From: Phycisphaerae bacterium
GTDB lineage: Bacteria > Planctomycetota > Phycisphaerae > UBA1845 > Fen-1342
Assembly (NCBI GenBank): GCA_050115495.1
Contig: JASFQK010000006.1
Coordinates: 119,790 to 183,789, forward strand
Length of the DNA: 64,000 bases
Direction: 5' to 3'
Below are positions 9,861 through 19,119 of this stretch, in pieces; within the stretch, counting starts at the first letter, position 1; every line of letters starts with the position of its first letter. The translations under genes and the position numbers were made by a program. The notes under the pieces were generated by a model. That model was not told the origin of the DNA, did not search any database, and was given only the letters and a program-made list of their open reading frames with translations.

Positions 9861-12800
9861 ATGCGAGTGTTATCGGGCCATCTACGACGCCGTGCCGCCG
9901 TGTGCACCCTGCTGCTGCTGGCGATGGCCGCCCTCGCCGCCGCCGATCCGCCCGCGCCGTCCATCGACTTCACGCTGACGCTCGGCGAGGAACGGTTCGA
10001 CCCGCTGGTCACCGAGCCCGTCCTGCCGGCGAACCTGAGCGACGTCGCCCGCGACGGCGCCGACCTGCACCTCGTGCAGTTCATCGGACCGATCGAGGAC
10101 GCCTGGATCGACCGCCTTGCCGACCGCGGCCTCCAGATCATCGCCTACGTTCACCCCTACACGTACATCGTCTGGGGCGACGCGGCCGCCATCAGCGCCC
10201 AGCAGCGCGACGCCGCCGTCCGCTGGACCGGCCCATTCGCGCCGGCGTATCGCCTCTTGCCCGCGGAGCGCGGCTACGCCGACGTGGCGACGCCCACGTG
10301 CATACTCGCCGTACGCGGCGCACCGGCCGAACGCGCCGCCACCCACCTCGCCGCCCTCGGCGCACGCTCCATCGCCCGGCAGCCGGTCGACGACCAGCTC
10401 GAGGTCATCGGCCTCAACATCTCCGGCGCCCGCCTCGACGCGGCGGCCAGCATCCCCGGCGTCTACAGTGTCCAGGCCATTCCCACCGACGGCGGCCTGC
10501 GCAGCGAACTGAGCGACCAGATCTGCGCCGGCAACATCGACGAGAACAACCTCGCTTTCCCCGGCTATCTCGACTGGCTGGGTGAGCTCGGCCTCTCTGG
10601 CGCCGGCGTCATCATCGCCAACGTCGACAGCGGCATCGCCAACAACCACCCCGATCTCGCCGGCCGCCTGCTGCCCTGCACGGGCACGACTTGCGGCGGT
10701 ACGGCACAAAGCGCCCACGGCACGCACACCGCCGGCATCATGGCCGCCGACGCGTCTTCCGGCGTGTACGATTCGTACGGCTTCCTGCGCGGCCTCGGTA
10801 TGGCCCCCGGCGCGCAGCTCGTTGAGCAGCTCTACTCCCCGACATATCAATATGAAGACGGCCTGCGCTATCTCATGACCGAGTCATGGCGCAACGGCGC
10901 CTCGGTCTCCGGCAACAGTTGGGGCGCTTCCTCCTCGCCGCACGGCTACAACTTCCAGACACGGCAGGTGGACGTCGGCGTACGCGACGCTGATGCGACG
11001 CTACCCGGCAACCAGCCCCTGTTCTACGTGCTGTCGATCGAAAACGGCTACGGCCACACCAGCACGCAGGGCGTTCCCGACGAAGCCAAGAACATCTTCA
11101 CCATCGGCTCGACGAGAGCGCGGTCTCAAACCGGCGTGCCGCTCACGAACATCGACGACCTCGGAAACACCAGCGCCCACGGCCCGGCCCTCGACGGCCG
11201 CCACATTCCACACATGGTCGCGCCCGGCTGCTACGTCGACTCGACGTACACCGGCGGCGGCCACATCGCGCTGTGCGGCACGAGCATGGCCTCGCCCCAC
11301 GTCAGCGGCGCCGCGGCCCTGTTCATCGAGCAGTGGCGGCTGCGCCCCGACTACGTCGCCGATCCGAGCCCGGCCCTGATCAAGGCCGCCTTCCTCGTCT
11401 GCACGCACGACCTCGCCGGCCACCTCGACGCCAACGGCAACACGCTCGGCCACCCCTTCGACAACAAGCAGGGTTGGGGCCGGTTCGATGCCGCCGCCGT
11501 CCTCGCCCCCACCGTCGACGTCTGGTACGACGATGAGCCGGTCATCTTCGACGGCACCGGCGAGAAGTGGACACAGGTCGTCTACGCCGACGACCCCACG
11601 CAGCCCTTGCGCATCATGCTGGTCTGGACCGATGCTCCCGGACACGGCCTCGGCGGCAGCACGCCGGCCTGGAACAACGACCTCGACCTCATCGTCAGCG
11701 ACGGCGAGAACGTCTACCGCGGCAACCACTTCGACGCCGACGGCTGGAGCACCCCGGACGGCACGGCCGACTACATGAACAACACCGAGGGCGTCTTCAT
11801 CGGCCCCACCGCCGACGGCCGCTACACCATCACCGTCTTCGCCAGCAACATCACGTCGGATGGCGTGCCCGCGTACGGCGACGGCACCGACCAGGACTTC
11901 GCCCTCGTCTGCTACAACTGCATGCCCGAACCGACCTTCACCATCGCGGTCGAGCCCGCCGTCCTCGACGTGTGCGCCCCGGCCGAGTTCGAGCTCAACG
12001 TGCACGTCGGTCAGGTGAGCGGCTTCAGCGAGCCGGTCCATCTCGGTGTGACCGACCTGCCGCCAGGCATCGCCGCCGACTTCCGCACCGGCTCCGTCCT
12101 GCCACCGACCGACTGCGCACTGACCGTCACGGTCGATGCGGGCGCCGCGATCGGTGCGCAGCAGTTCCAGATCGTGGGCACGTCCGGCGACGTCACCCAC
12201 ACGGCCAACGTGAACCTCGTGGTGTACAACAGCCCGCCCGGCGTCGTGACCACGCTCGAGCCGCTGAACGGCGCCGCGGGCGTGGACCTTCGTCCCACGT
12301 TCCTCTGGGCAGAGACGCCGCAGGCGAACACCTATACGCTCGAGCTGGCCGCCGACGCCGGCTTCAACGACGTGCTGGCGTGGGTCACCGATCTGCACGG
12401 CACGTCGCACACCTTCCCCGATCTCCTGGACAACGGGACGGAATACTTCTGGCGCACCTGGGCGACGAACGTCTGCGGTGACAGCCCGGCGGCTACGGTC
12501 TGCCGCTTCACGACGCGCAACGTACCGACGATCCTCCTGGTCGACGACGACGACAACGGCCCCGACGTGCGGGCTCGCTTCACCGGCTCGCTCGACACGC
12601 TCGGCCTGGGCTACGACGTGTGGGACACCGCCAACTCCGACGACGAGCCCACCATCGACGACCTGCTCCCATACTCCGTGGTGATCTGGTTCACCGGCGA
12701 CGAGTACGGCGGCGCGTGCGGGCCCGGCCCGGCGGGCGAACTCGCTCTGGTCGACCACCTCTCCCGCGGCAAGAACCTGCTGCTCAGCAGCCAGGATTAC

Positions 12801-13445
12801 TACTACGACCGCGGGCTGACCAACCTCCTGGTCGATTACTTCGGCGTCATCAGCGTCACCGGCGAAGTCACGCACCTGTCCGTCACCGGCAGCGGCTCGG
12901 CCTTCGACGGGCTCGGCTCCTACGGCCTGATCTACCCGTACGCCAACTTCAGCGATGAGGTCATCCCCGGCCCGGGAGCGGAGACGGCGTTCGTGTCCTC
13001 GGTCGGCTCCGCCGCGGTCGACAAGGACGATCCCGTGTACCGCACGGTCTTCACTGGCTTCAGCTTCGATGCGCTGCCGGAAGACGCCCGGGCCGAGGTG
13101 CTGGCCGTCATGCTCGAGTGGTTCCGCCCCTTCAGCGACTGCAACGGCAACGGCATCGGCGACCACGTGGACATCTACAGCGGCACCAGTGCCGACGAGG
13201 ACGGCAACGGCGTTCCGGATGAGTGCCAGCCCGCCTACGCCGTCGGCGACGTCAATTGCAGTGGCGAAGTCAACAACTTCGACATCCGCCCCTTCGTCCT
13301 CGTGATCACCGGCACGCCGCCGGGCTACCCCGAGTATTACGACCGGTTCCCCGCCTGCGATCATCATCTGGCGGACATCAACGGCGACGGCACCGTCAAC
13401 AACTTCGACATTGGGCCCTTTGTGGACCTGCTCACCGGCGGTTAA
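9861..13445 (+). CDS. Secreted S8 (subtilisin-like) serine peptidase with accessory beta domains and dockerin-like C-terminus
   Basis: Catalytic triad motifs VDSG, HGTHTAG, GTSMASP; LVWTD...NNDLDL domain; DCNGNG repeat; NNFDI dockerin pair; start codon uncertain. Confidence 0.9.
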   Translation: MRVLSGHLRRRAAVCTLLLLAMAALAAADPPAPSIDFTLTLGEERFDPLVTEPVLPANLSDVARDGADLHLVQFIGPIEDAWIDRLADRGLQIIAYVHPYTYIVWGDAAAISAQQRDAAVRWTGPFAPAYRLLPAERGYADVATPTCILAVRGAPAERAATHLAALGARSIARQPVDDQLEVIGLNISGARLDAAASIPGVYSVQAIPTDGGLRSELSDQICAGNIDENNLAFPGYLDWLGELGLSGAGVIIANVDSGIANNHPDLAGRLLPCTGTTCGGTAQSAHGTHTAGIMAADASSGVYDSYGFLRGLGMAPGAQLVEQLYSPTYQYEDGLRYLMTESWRNGASVSGNSWGASSSPHGYNFQTRQVDVGVRDADATLPGNQPLFYVLSIENGYGHTSTQGVPDEAKNIFTIGSTRARSQTGVPLTNIDDLGNTSAHGPALDGRHIPHMVAPGCYVDSTYTGGGHIALCGTSMASPHVSGAAALFIEQWRLRPDYVADPSPALIKAAFLVCTHDLAGHLDANGNTLGHPFDNKQGWGRFDAAAVLAPTVDVWYDDEPVIFDGTGEKWTQVVYADDPTQPLRIMLVWTDAPGHGLGGSTPAWNNDLDLIVSDGENVYRGNHFDADGWSTPDGTADYMNNTEGVFIGPTADGRYTITVFASNITSDGVPAYGDGTDQDFALVCYNCMPEPTFTIAVEPAVLDVCAPAEFELNVHVGQVSGFSEPVHLGVTDLPPGIAADFRTGSVLPPTDCALTVTVDAGAAIGAQQFQIVGTSGDVTHTANVNLVVYNSPPGVVTTLEPLNGAAGVDLRPTFLWAETPQANTYTLELAADAGFNDVLAWVTDLHGTSHTFPDLLDNGTEYFWRTWATNVCGDSPAATVCRFTTRNVPTILLVDDDDNGPDVRARFTGSLDTLGLGYDVWDTANSDDEPTIDDLLPYSVVIWFTGDEYGGACGPGPAGELALVDHLSRGKNLLLSSQDYYYDRGLTNLLVDYFGVISVTGEVTHLSVTGSGSAFDGLGSYGLIYPYANFSDEVIPGPGAETAFVSSVGSAAVDKDDPVYRTVFTGFSFDALPEDARAEVLAVMLEWFRPFSDCNGNGIGDHVDIYSGTSADEDGNGVPDECQPAYAVGDVNCSGEVNNFDIRPFVLVITGTPPGYPEYYDRFPACDHHLADINGDGTVNNFDIGPFVDLLTGG

Positions 13446-13485
13446 TCGAGGAGACCGTCGCTCCACCGCCGACAAGTGCTTACAA

Positions 13486-13514
13486 TTGACCTTGTCTGTG
13501 GCGAAGCGTAGATT
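13486..13514 (+). promoter_or_regulatory. Putative sigma70 promoter of the amidohydrolase operon
   Basis: TTGACC-N17-TAGATT in an AT-rich gap, overlapped by inverted repeats. Confidence 0.5.
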
Positions 13515-13582
13515 GGAAGGTAAGTTTGTAACCTCCAACCGGTGCCGCCCGGCCTGCCGCGGCGGTCCCACAACTGAGCGTC

Positions 13583-15016
13583 ATGCGACACACCCTCCCC
13601 TCTGTCGTCGCCGCCCCGTCCCGCGGCAAACCGAGATTCTGCGTCGCCCTCGCGCTGGCCGCCGCCCTGCTGGCCGTCCAGCCCGCCTTCGCCCAGTTGC
13701 GGCCCGTGGTCATCCGCGAGGCCACCGTGCTGACCGGCGACGGACGGACCATCGAGAATGGCGGCGTGGCCTTCCAATCCGGCCAGATCACCGAGATTGG
13801 CCGCGATCTCGAAGCCTCATTCCTCGCCCAGAAGATCCCCGGCCGCGGCAAATACGTTACGCCCGGCCTCATCGACATCTACAGCACGCTCGGCCTGCGC
13901 GACCGGCTCGGCGGAGGATCGCCCACCGCCAAGGCCGTCGATGCCTTCGATTACTACGCCAGTGACGAGCTCCGCGCCGCCTGGCGCTGCGGCGTGACCG
14001 TCGTCTACCTACCGGCCCGCACGAGTAACGGCGTCGGCGGGCTGGGCGCCGTCATGCGGCTGCTGCCGCCGAGGTCCTCCGGGGACGCGGTACTCGCCGA
14101 AGAGGCGGCCCTGAACATCGCCGTCGACGCCTCCGGCCGCCAGGGCCCGCTGTCCCGCGTGCGGACGGTCGAGGGCATGCGGCAGCTCCTGCGCTCCGCC
14201 AAGGAGTATCGCGAGACGTGCGAGAACTACGAGGAAGACCTCAAGGAATACGAGAAGAAAGTCGCCGAACGCGCCGCCAAAAAGGCCGAGGCCGAGAAGA
14301 AGGAGCAATCCGAGGGCGGCGCCGCGAAGAAAGGCGCGGACGAGGAAGAGAAAGAGGGCGAAGAGAAGAAGGACGCCGACGAGGAAGCCGAGAAGGACGA
14401 GCTGGAAAAGCCCACCGAGCCTGACCGCAATCCCGCCGCGCAGATTCTGCTGCGGGCCCTTGACGGTGAGATCCGCGTGCGCATCGAGGTTCACCATCCG
14501 GCGGACATTCTCAACATCCTCGACCTCGCCGAAGAGTACTCACTGGCCCTCGTCCTCGAAGGGGCCACCAGCGCCCATCTCGTCGCCGACCGCCTCGCCA
14601 AGGCGGACGTCCCCGTCGTGCTCTTCGCCGAACCCGCCCCTCTGGCCTACGACCCCGGCGCGGGACGCTACGAACGTCCGGACGCGGCGGCGGCACTGAG
14701 CCGCGCCGGCGTGAAAGTCTATCTCGGCACGGGCCCGCTGTCGGACACGACGGCCGAGCCGCGGCTGACGCTCGCCGCCGCCCGAGCGGTGGGCGACGGC
14801 CTGAGCACCGACGCCGCCTTCGCCACCATCGCCTGGGGTGCCGCCCGGCTGCTGGGCATCGCGGACCGCGCCGGTCTGCTGGCCCCCGGCCGGGCCGCTG
14901 ACATCGTCATCTGGAGCGATCACCCCCTGGCCCCCGGAGCCCGCGTCGAGCGCGTATTCCTCGACGGTCAGGAAGTCTACAACGCCGAAAAGGACGAGGA
15001 AGGACTCCGCCCGTGA
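13583..15016 (+). CDS. Secreted amidohydrolase-fold protein 1 (metal site degenerate)
   Basis: PGLIDIYST instead of PGxIDxHxH; GLLAPGRAADIVIW C-terminal motif; signal peptide; long E/K-rich insert. Confidence 0.85.
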   Translation: MRHTLPSVVAAPSRGKPRFCVALALAAALLAVQPAFAQLRPVVIREATVLTGDGRTIENGGVAFQSGQITEIGRDLEASFLAQKIPGRGKYVTPGLIDIYSTLGLRDRLGGGSPTAKAVDAFDYYASDELRAAWRCGVTVVYLPARTSNGVGGLGAVMRLLPPRSSGDAVLAEEAALNIAVDASGRQGPLSRVRTVEGMRQLLRSAKEYRETCENYEEDLKEYEKKVAERAAKKAEAEKKEQSEGGAAKKGADEEEKEGEEKKDADEEAEKDELEKPTEPDRNPAAQILLRALDGEIRVRIEVHHPADILNILDLAEEYSLALVLEGATSAHLVADRLAKADVPVVLFAEPAPLAYDPGAGRYERPDAAAALSRAGVKVYLGTGPLSDTTAEPRLTLAAARAVGDGLSTDAAFATIAWGAARLLGIADRAGLLAPGRAADIVIWSDHPLAPGARVERVFLDGQEVYNAEKDEEGLRP

Positions 15017-16194
15017 GATTCCCGGCAATGCGACGAGAACGTGTTCGGCGACAGGTGGCCGCGTGGGTCGCGTTGCTGAGCCTGCTGTTGTGGCCGGCAT
15101 CCGTGCCCGGGCAGACACGCGTGCTGCGAGCCGCCGCCCGCGTCGCCCCCGACGGCAGCCTCGCCGACGACGGCCTGATCGTCATCCGTGACGGAACCAT
15201 CGCCCAGGTCGGCGGCGAAGCGCCCGCGGACATCACCATCGATGACTATCCGCAGGCCGTCCTCTGCCCCGGTCTGATCGACTGCCGCAGTACGCTCGGC
15301 GTGCTGGGCGGCCTTGGCGAACACCAGACCGCCGTCCAGCCCAACGTCCGTGCCGCCGACGCTTTCGACAAGTACTCGCCGCAGTTGGCCACGGCTCTGC
15401 AAGCGGGCGTGATGGTCTTCGCCATCGCCCCGGACGACGAGAACCTGGTCGGCGGCCGCATCGCCGTTTGCCAGACCGCCGGCCCGGACGGCCGCCCGCG
15501 TCTGCTGAGCGAGACCGGCCCGCTGAAGCTCTCGCTGTCGCCGGATGCGCTGAAGGGTGATCGCGAACCCACCTCGCGCAGCGGCGCCCTGGGCATGTTG
15601 CGCGACACGCTCACCGCGGCCCGCGAGCGTCCAGCCACGGCCGACCCGCTAGCCGCTTTCGCCGGCGGCACGCTCACCGGCGTGCTCTGTGCGCCAAGCG
15701 CCGCCGACGTCATGGCCGGCGCCGACCTGGCTGAGCAGTTCGGCCTGCACCTCGTCGTCGAACACACGAATGACGCCCGGCTGGTGGCCGGCGACCTCGG
15801 CGACCACATCGCCGCGGTCATCGTCGGCCCGCTCGGGCTACACGCCGATCGACGGGCGGCACTGGCTGCCGGTCTGTTCGAAAAAGGTGGCACGCCCGTG
15901 GCCATCGCTGGCGGCCTGCCGGATACGTCACCGGACAGCCTGCGCATCGGCGCCGCCGTCGCTTGCCGCGCTGGCTTGAGTGCCGAAGCGGCTCGCCGGG
16001 CGATCACGATCGTACCGGCCACGGTGCTGGGCGTGTCCGAACGAATCGGCAGTCTCGAAGAGAAACGACAGGCGGACGTGGTGGTCTTCTCGGGTGACCC
16101 GCTCGACCTACGCAGCCGCGTCCTGGCCGTCTACGTTCAGGGGATCAGGGTATTCGTCGCCGACCAACCGGCGGCGCAAGGAGATCAACCATGA
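15013..16194 (+). CDS. Secreted amidohydrolase-fold protein 2 (degenerate)
   Basis: PGLIDCRST; GSLEEKRQADVVVFSGDP; GTGA overlap with the previous gene. Confidence 0.85.
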   Translation: MRFPAMRRERVRRQVAAWVALLSLLLWPASVPGQTRVLRAAARVAPDGSLADDGLIVIRDGTIAQVGGEAPADITIDDYPQAVLCPGLIDCRSTLGVLGGLGEHQTAVQPNVRAADAFDKYSPQLATALQAGVMVFAIAPDDENLVGGRIAVCQTAGPDGRPRLLSETGPLKLSLSPDALKGDREPTSRSGALGMLRDTLTAARERPATADPLAAFAGGTLTGVLCAPSAADVMAGADLAEQFGLHLVVEHTNDARLVAGDLGDHIAAVIVGPLGLHADRRAALAAGLFEKGGTPVAIAGGLPDTSPDSLRIGAAVACRAGLSAEAARRAITIVPATVLGVSERIGSLEEKRQADVVVFSGDPLDLRSRVLAVYVQGIRVFVADQPAAQGDQP

Positions 16195-17666
16195 GAATCA
16201 GTATCTCCAGCAAGGGGTGGCTCTCCGCCACATCGTCGCACCGTCGCATCATCTTCGCCGTGTGTCTGGCGTTCGGCCTACTGATCTGCGCTCCGGCCGC
16301 GAGCGCCGACGACGCGAAGGTCGTCGTCATCAAGGCCGCCCGCCTCTACACGGGTGAAGGCGCGCCGATCACGAACGGCCTCGTCATCGTGCGCGATGGC
16401 CAGATCGTCGCCGCTGGCGCCGACCTCGCCATTCCCGAAGGCGCACAGGTCATCGATCTGCCCGAAGGCGTCATCACGCCCGGCTTGATCGACGCCTGCT
16501 GCACGGTCGACTCCGAGGTCAAACAACAGGCCACGGACAGCCTCCACGGCGTCGAGCGCTATTCGTTCTGGCGGGCCATCGGCGAGATCGAGCCGCCCGA
16601 TCCGAACGGCCCCTCGCTGCCCGGCGATTCCGAGTTTCCCGTCGGCCCCATCGCCGCCACGCGCGCCCTCGCCCCGGCGATCGACCCCGGCATAAGCTGG
16701 GCCGAACACGCTTCCGAAGTCACGCCCCACCGCCTCATGGCCGACTCGCTCAACCTGTACTCGAATGACTTCCGCCGGCTGCTCCGCGGCGGCGTGACCA
16801 CCGTCTACGTCGCCCCCGACACGGCCGACGTTATCGGAGCCCGCGGCGTCGTCGTGAAAACCGCCGGCCTTCGCTCGCAGCGCATCGTGCAGCGCGAGGC
16901 GGCGGTGACGGCCTCGCTCGGCGGCGACCCCAGCTACCGCGGCGCCGGCAACAACCTCCCGCCGCGCTACGGCCCCGATCCGAACATTCACACGCGCCGA
17001 CCCACGACGCGCATGGGCGTCGACTGGGTCTTCCGCAAAGCGTTCTATGACGCCAAGGCCACGCGCGACGGCCGAGCGCCCTCCGGCGCCGACGCACCGC
17101 CCGCCGAGGCGGTCCCCGTCCTCCTCGACCTGCTCGACGGCAAGGTGCCGCTGCGCATCCACGCCCGCCAGCAGAACGACATCTTCTCGGCGTTGCGGCT
17201 GGCCCGCGAGTTCGGCCTACGCTTCACCCTCGAAGAAGCCACCGAGGTGTACCGCTGCCTCCCGCAACTGCACGACGCCGGCGTGCCGGTGATCTTCGGC
17301 CCGCTCTACATGAACGCCACCGGCTGGCGGCACTACAGCGGCGAAGCCCGGCATCCGCACCTGGACACGCCCGTGGAGTTCGTCGAGAGCGGCATCGAAT
17401 TCGCCCTGACCGCGCAGGAGCTGCGTGACGAAGAGGGCCTCGCCCGCCAGGCGATGTTCGCCGTACGTCACGGCCTCAAGCCGGAGCAGGCCCTGCAAGC
17501 CGTCACCGCGACGCCGGCGAAGCTGATCGGCTTCCCGCAGCGTCTGGGCGTGCTGACCCCCGGTGCCGACGCCGACCTGGTCGTGTGGAACGCCGAGCCC
17601 TTCACGGCCACCTCGCGCCCGCTGCTGGTCATGATCAACGGCCAGGTGGTGCTCAAGGACAAGTGA
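16191..17666 (+). CDS. Secreted amidohydrolase-fold protein 3 (degenerate)
   Basis: PGLIDACCT; GGVTTV; P.TRMG; GVLTPGADADLVVW; ATGA overlap. Confidence 0.85.
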   Translation: MRISISSKGWLSATSSHRRIIFAVCLAFGLLICAPAASADDAKVVVIKAARLYTGEGAPITNGLVIVRDGQIVAAGADLAIPEGAQVIDLPEGVITPGLIDACCTVDSEVKQQATDSLHGVERYSFWRAIGEIEPPDPNGPSLPGDSEFPVGPIAATRALAPAIDPGISWAEHASEVTPHRLMADSLNLYSNDFRRLLRGGVTTVYVAPDTADVIGARGVVVKTAGLRSQRIVQREAAVTASLGGDPSYRGAGNNLPPRYGPDPNIHTRRPTTRMGVDWVFRKAFYDAKATRDGRAPSGADAPPAEAVPVLLDLLDGKVPLRIHARQQNDIFSALRLAREFGLRFTLEEATEVYRCLPQLHDAGVPVIFGPLYMNATGWRHYSGEARHPHLDTPVEFVESGIEFALTAQELRDEEGLARQAMFAVRHGLKPEQALQAVTATPAKLIGFPQRLGVLTPGADADLVVWNAEPFTATSRPLLVMINGQVVLKDK

Positions 17667-17733
17667 TTCGGGCCAGGCACGGCCGCTGACGACCCGGACC
17701 ATCCATCGCCGACAGGAACACAAGGACCCGCTC

Positions 17734-19119
17734 ATGCCAGGAAAGTGTTTCCGCCTCGTGGCTTGCACACTGCTCGTTTGGGGATTGCCGCTCGCGGCGA
17801 GCATCGCGGCCGGTCCGCCGCCGGAGAGAGTCGCCCTCACCGGCGCCCGCATCATCACCATGGCCGGCGAGCCGCTGGAGCAGGGCACTGTGCTCATCGA
17901 GCACGGCCGCATCGTCGCCGTCGGCCCGGACGTCGAGGTCCCCTACGACGCCCGCGTCTTCGACCTCAGCGGCAAGGTCGTCTTCCCCGGCATGATCAAC
18001 GTGCACACCGCCGGCGGCCTCGACGTCACGAACGAGCCGCGCCCCGTCGTGCCACAGCTCAACGTCTACGACGCCATCGACCCCTCGCAGCTCTTCTTCG
18101 AAGACGCCCTGCGGCTGGGCATCACCGGCATCCACGTCATCCCCGGCAACAACACGGTCATCGGCGGCCTCGGCCGCGTCGTTCACCCGATCGGCATGAC
18201 CGTCGCCGAAATGACCATCACCGAGGGCGAGTTTCTGAAGCTGTCCATCTCTCCGCGCAGCGGCCTGGACCACATGAGCCAGATGGCCACGCTCCGCGAA
18301 ACGTTCCTCGATCTCGACGACTACCTCGCCAAGCTCGCCGAAAATCGCTACGAAGAGAAGCTCGCCGAAGACAAGAAGCAGATTGATGTCGGTCCCGCGG
18401 AGGCCCGCCGCCGCGGTCGCGACCTGATCCGCGCCGAGGACATCGACGATGAGCACCGCAACATGCTCCGCCTGATCGGCGGCAAGGTGCACGTCGCCGA
18501 CGAGGATGGCCCACGCCTGTTCGAGCCGCTCGGCGCCTTCATCTACTGCGAAGAGGCCATGGACGTCGGCCCCGCCGTCCGCCTGGCCAAAGAGCACGAC
18601 TTCCTCAGCCGCACCGTCCTCGTGCTCGACGGCGAATGCTACAAGGCCGTCGGCGAGCTCCGCCGCGCCGCCCGCCCCGTCGTCCTGCCGCCCGAGCTGA
18701 TCTACCGCGAGACCGACCCGCTCACCGGCGAGGTGCGCGAGACCTTCGTCCCCAAAGTCATCCACGACGCCGGTCTCGAATACGCCCTCATCCCCGGCCC
18801 CGACACCTCCTACGCCGAACGGATGCTGACCTACCAGGCCGCCTGCTGCGTGCGTTACGGCATCCCGCGCGAGGCCGCCCTGAAGGCCATCACCGTCACG
18901 CCGGCGAAGATGCTCGGCCTCGAAGGTCGCCTCGGCGCCATCGCCCCCGGCTTCGACGCCTACCTGGTCGTCTTCAGCGGCGACCCGCTCGATTTCAACA
19001 GCGTCGTCGAGAAGGTCTTCATCGACGGCATCCCCGCCTACGATCGCGACAAGGACGTGCGGCTCAAGCGGCTGCTGACCCCCGGCCCCGCCAAGACCAC
19101 CGAGGAGAAGCCGGAGTGA
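17734..19119 (+). CDS. Secreted amidohydrolase-fold protein 4 (degenerate)
   Basis: PGMINVHTA (one His only); GAIAPGFDAYLVVFSGDP. Confidence 0.85.
   Translation: MPGKCFRLVACTLLVWGLPLAASIAAGPPPERVALTGARIITMAGEPLEQGTVLIEHGRIVAVGPDVEVPYDARVFDLSGKVVFPGMINVHTAGGLDVTNEPRPVVPQLNVYDAIDPSQLFFEDALRLGITGIHVIPGNNTVIGGLGRVVHPIGMTVAEMTITEGEFLKLSISPRSGLDHMSQMATLRETFLDLDDYLAKLAENRYEEKLAEDKKQIDVGPAEARRRGRDLIRAEDIDDEHRNMLRLIGGKVHVADEDGPRLFEPLGAFIYCEEAMDVGPAVRLAKEHDFLSRTVLVLDGECYKAVGELRRAARPVVLPPELIYRETDPLTGEVRETFVPKVIHDAGLEYALIPGPDTSYAERMLTYQAACCVRYGIPREAALKAITVTPAKMLGLEGRLGAIAPGFDAYLVVFSGDPLDFNSVVEKVFIDGIPAYDRDKDVRLKRLLTPGPAKTTEEKPE

Noticed and set aside
11001..13571. Long antisense and alternate-frame ORFs (also 19674-21701, 39761-42115, 28023-29813 and others)
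   Set aside because: Shadow ORFs expected in high-GC DNA opposite clearly identifiable genes
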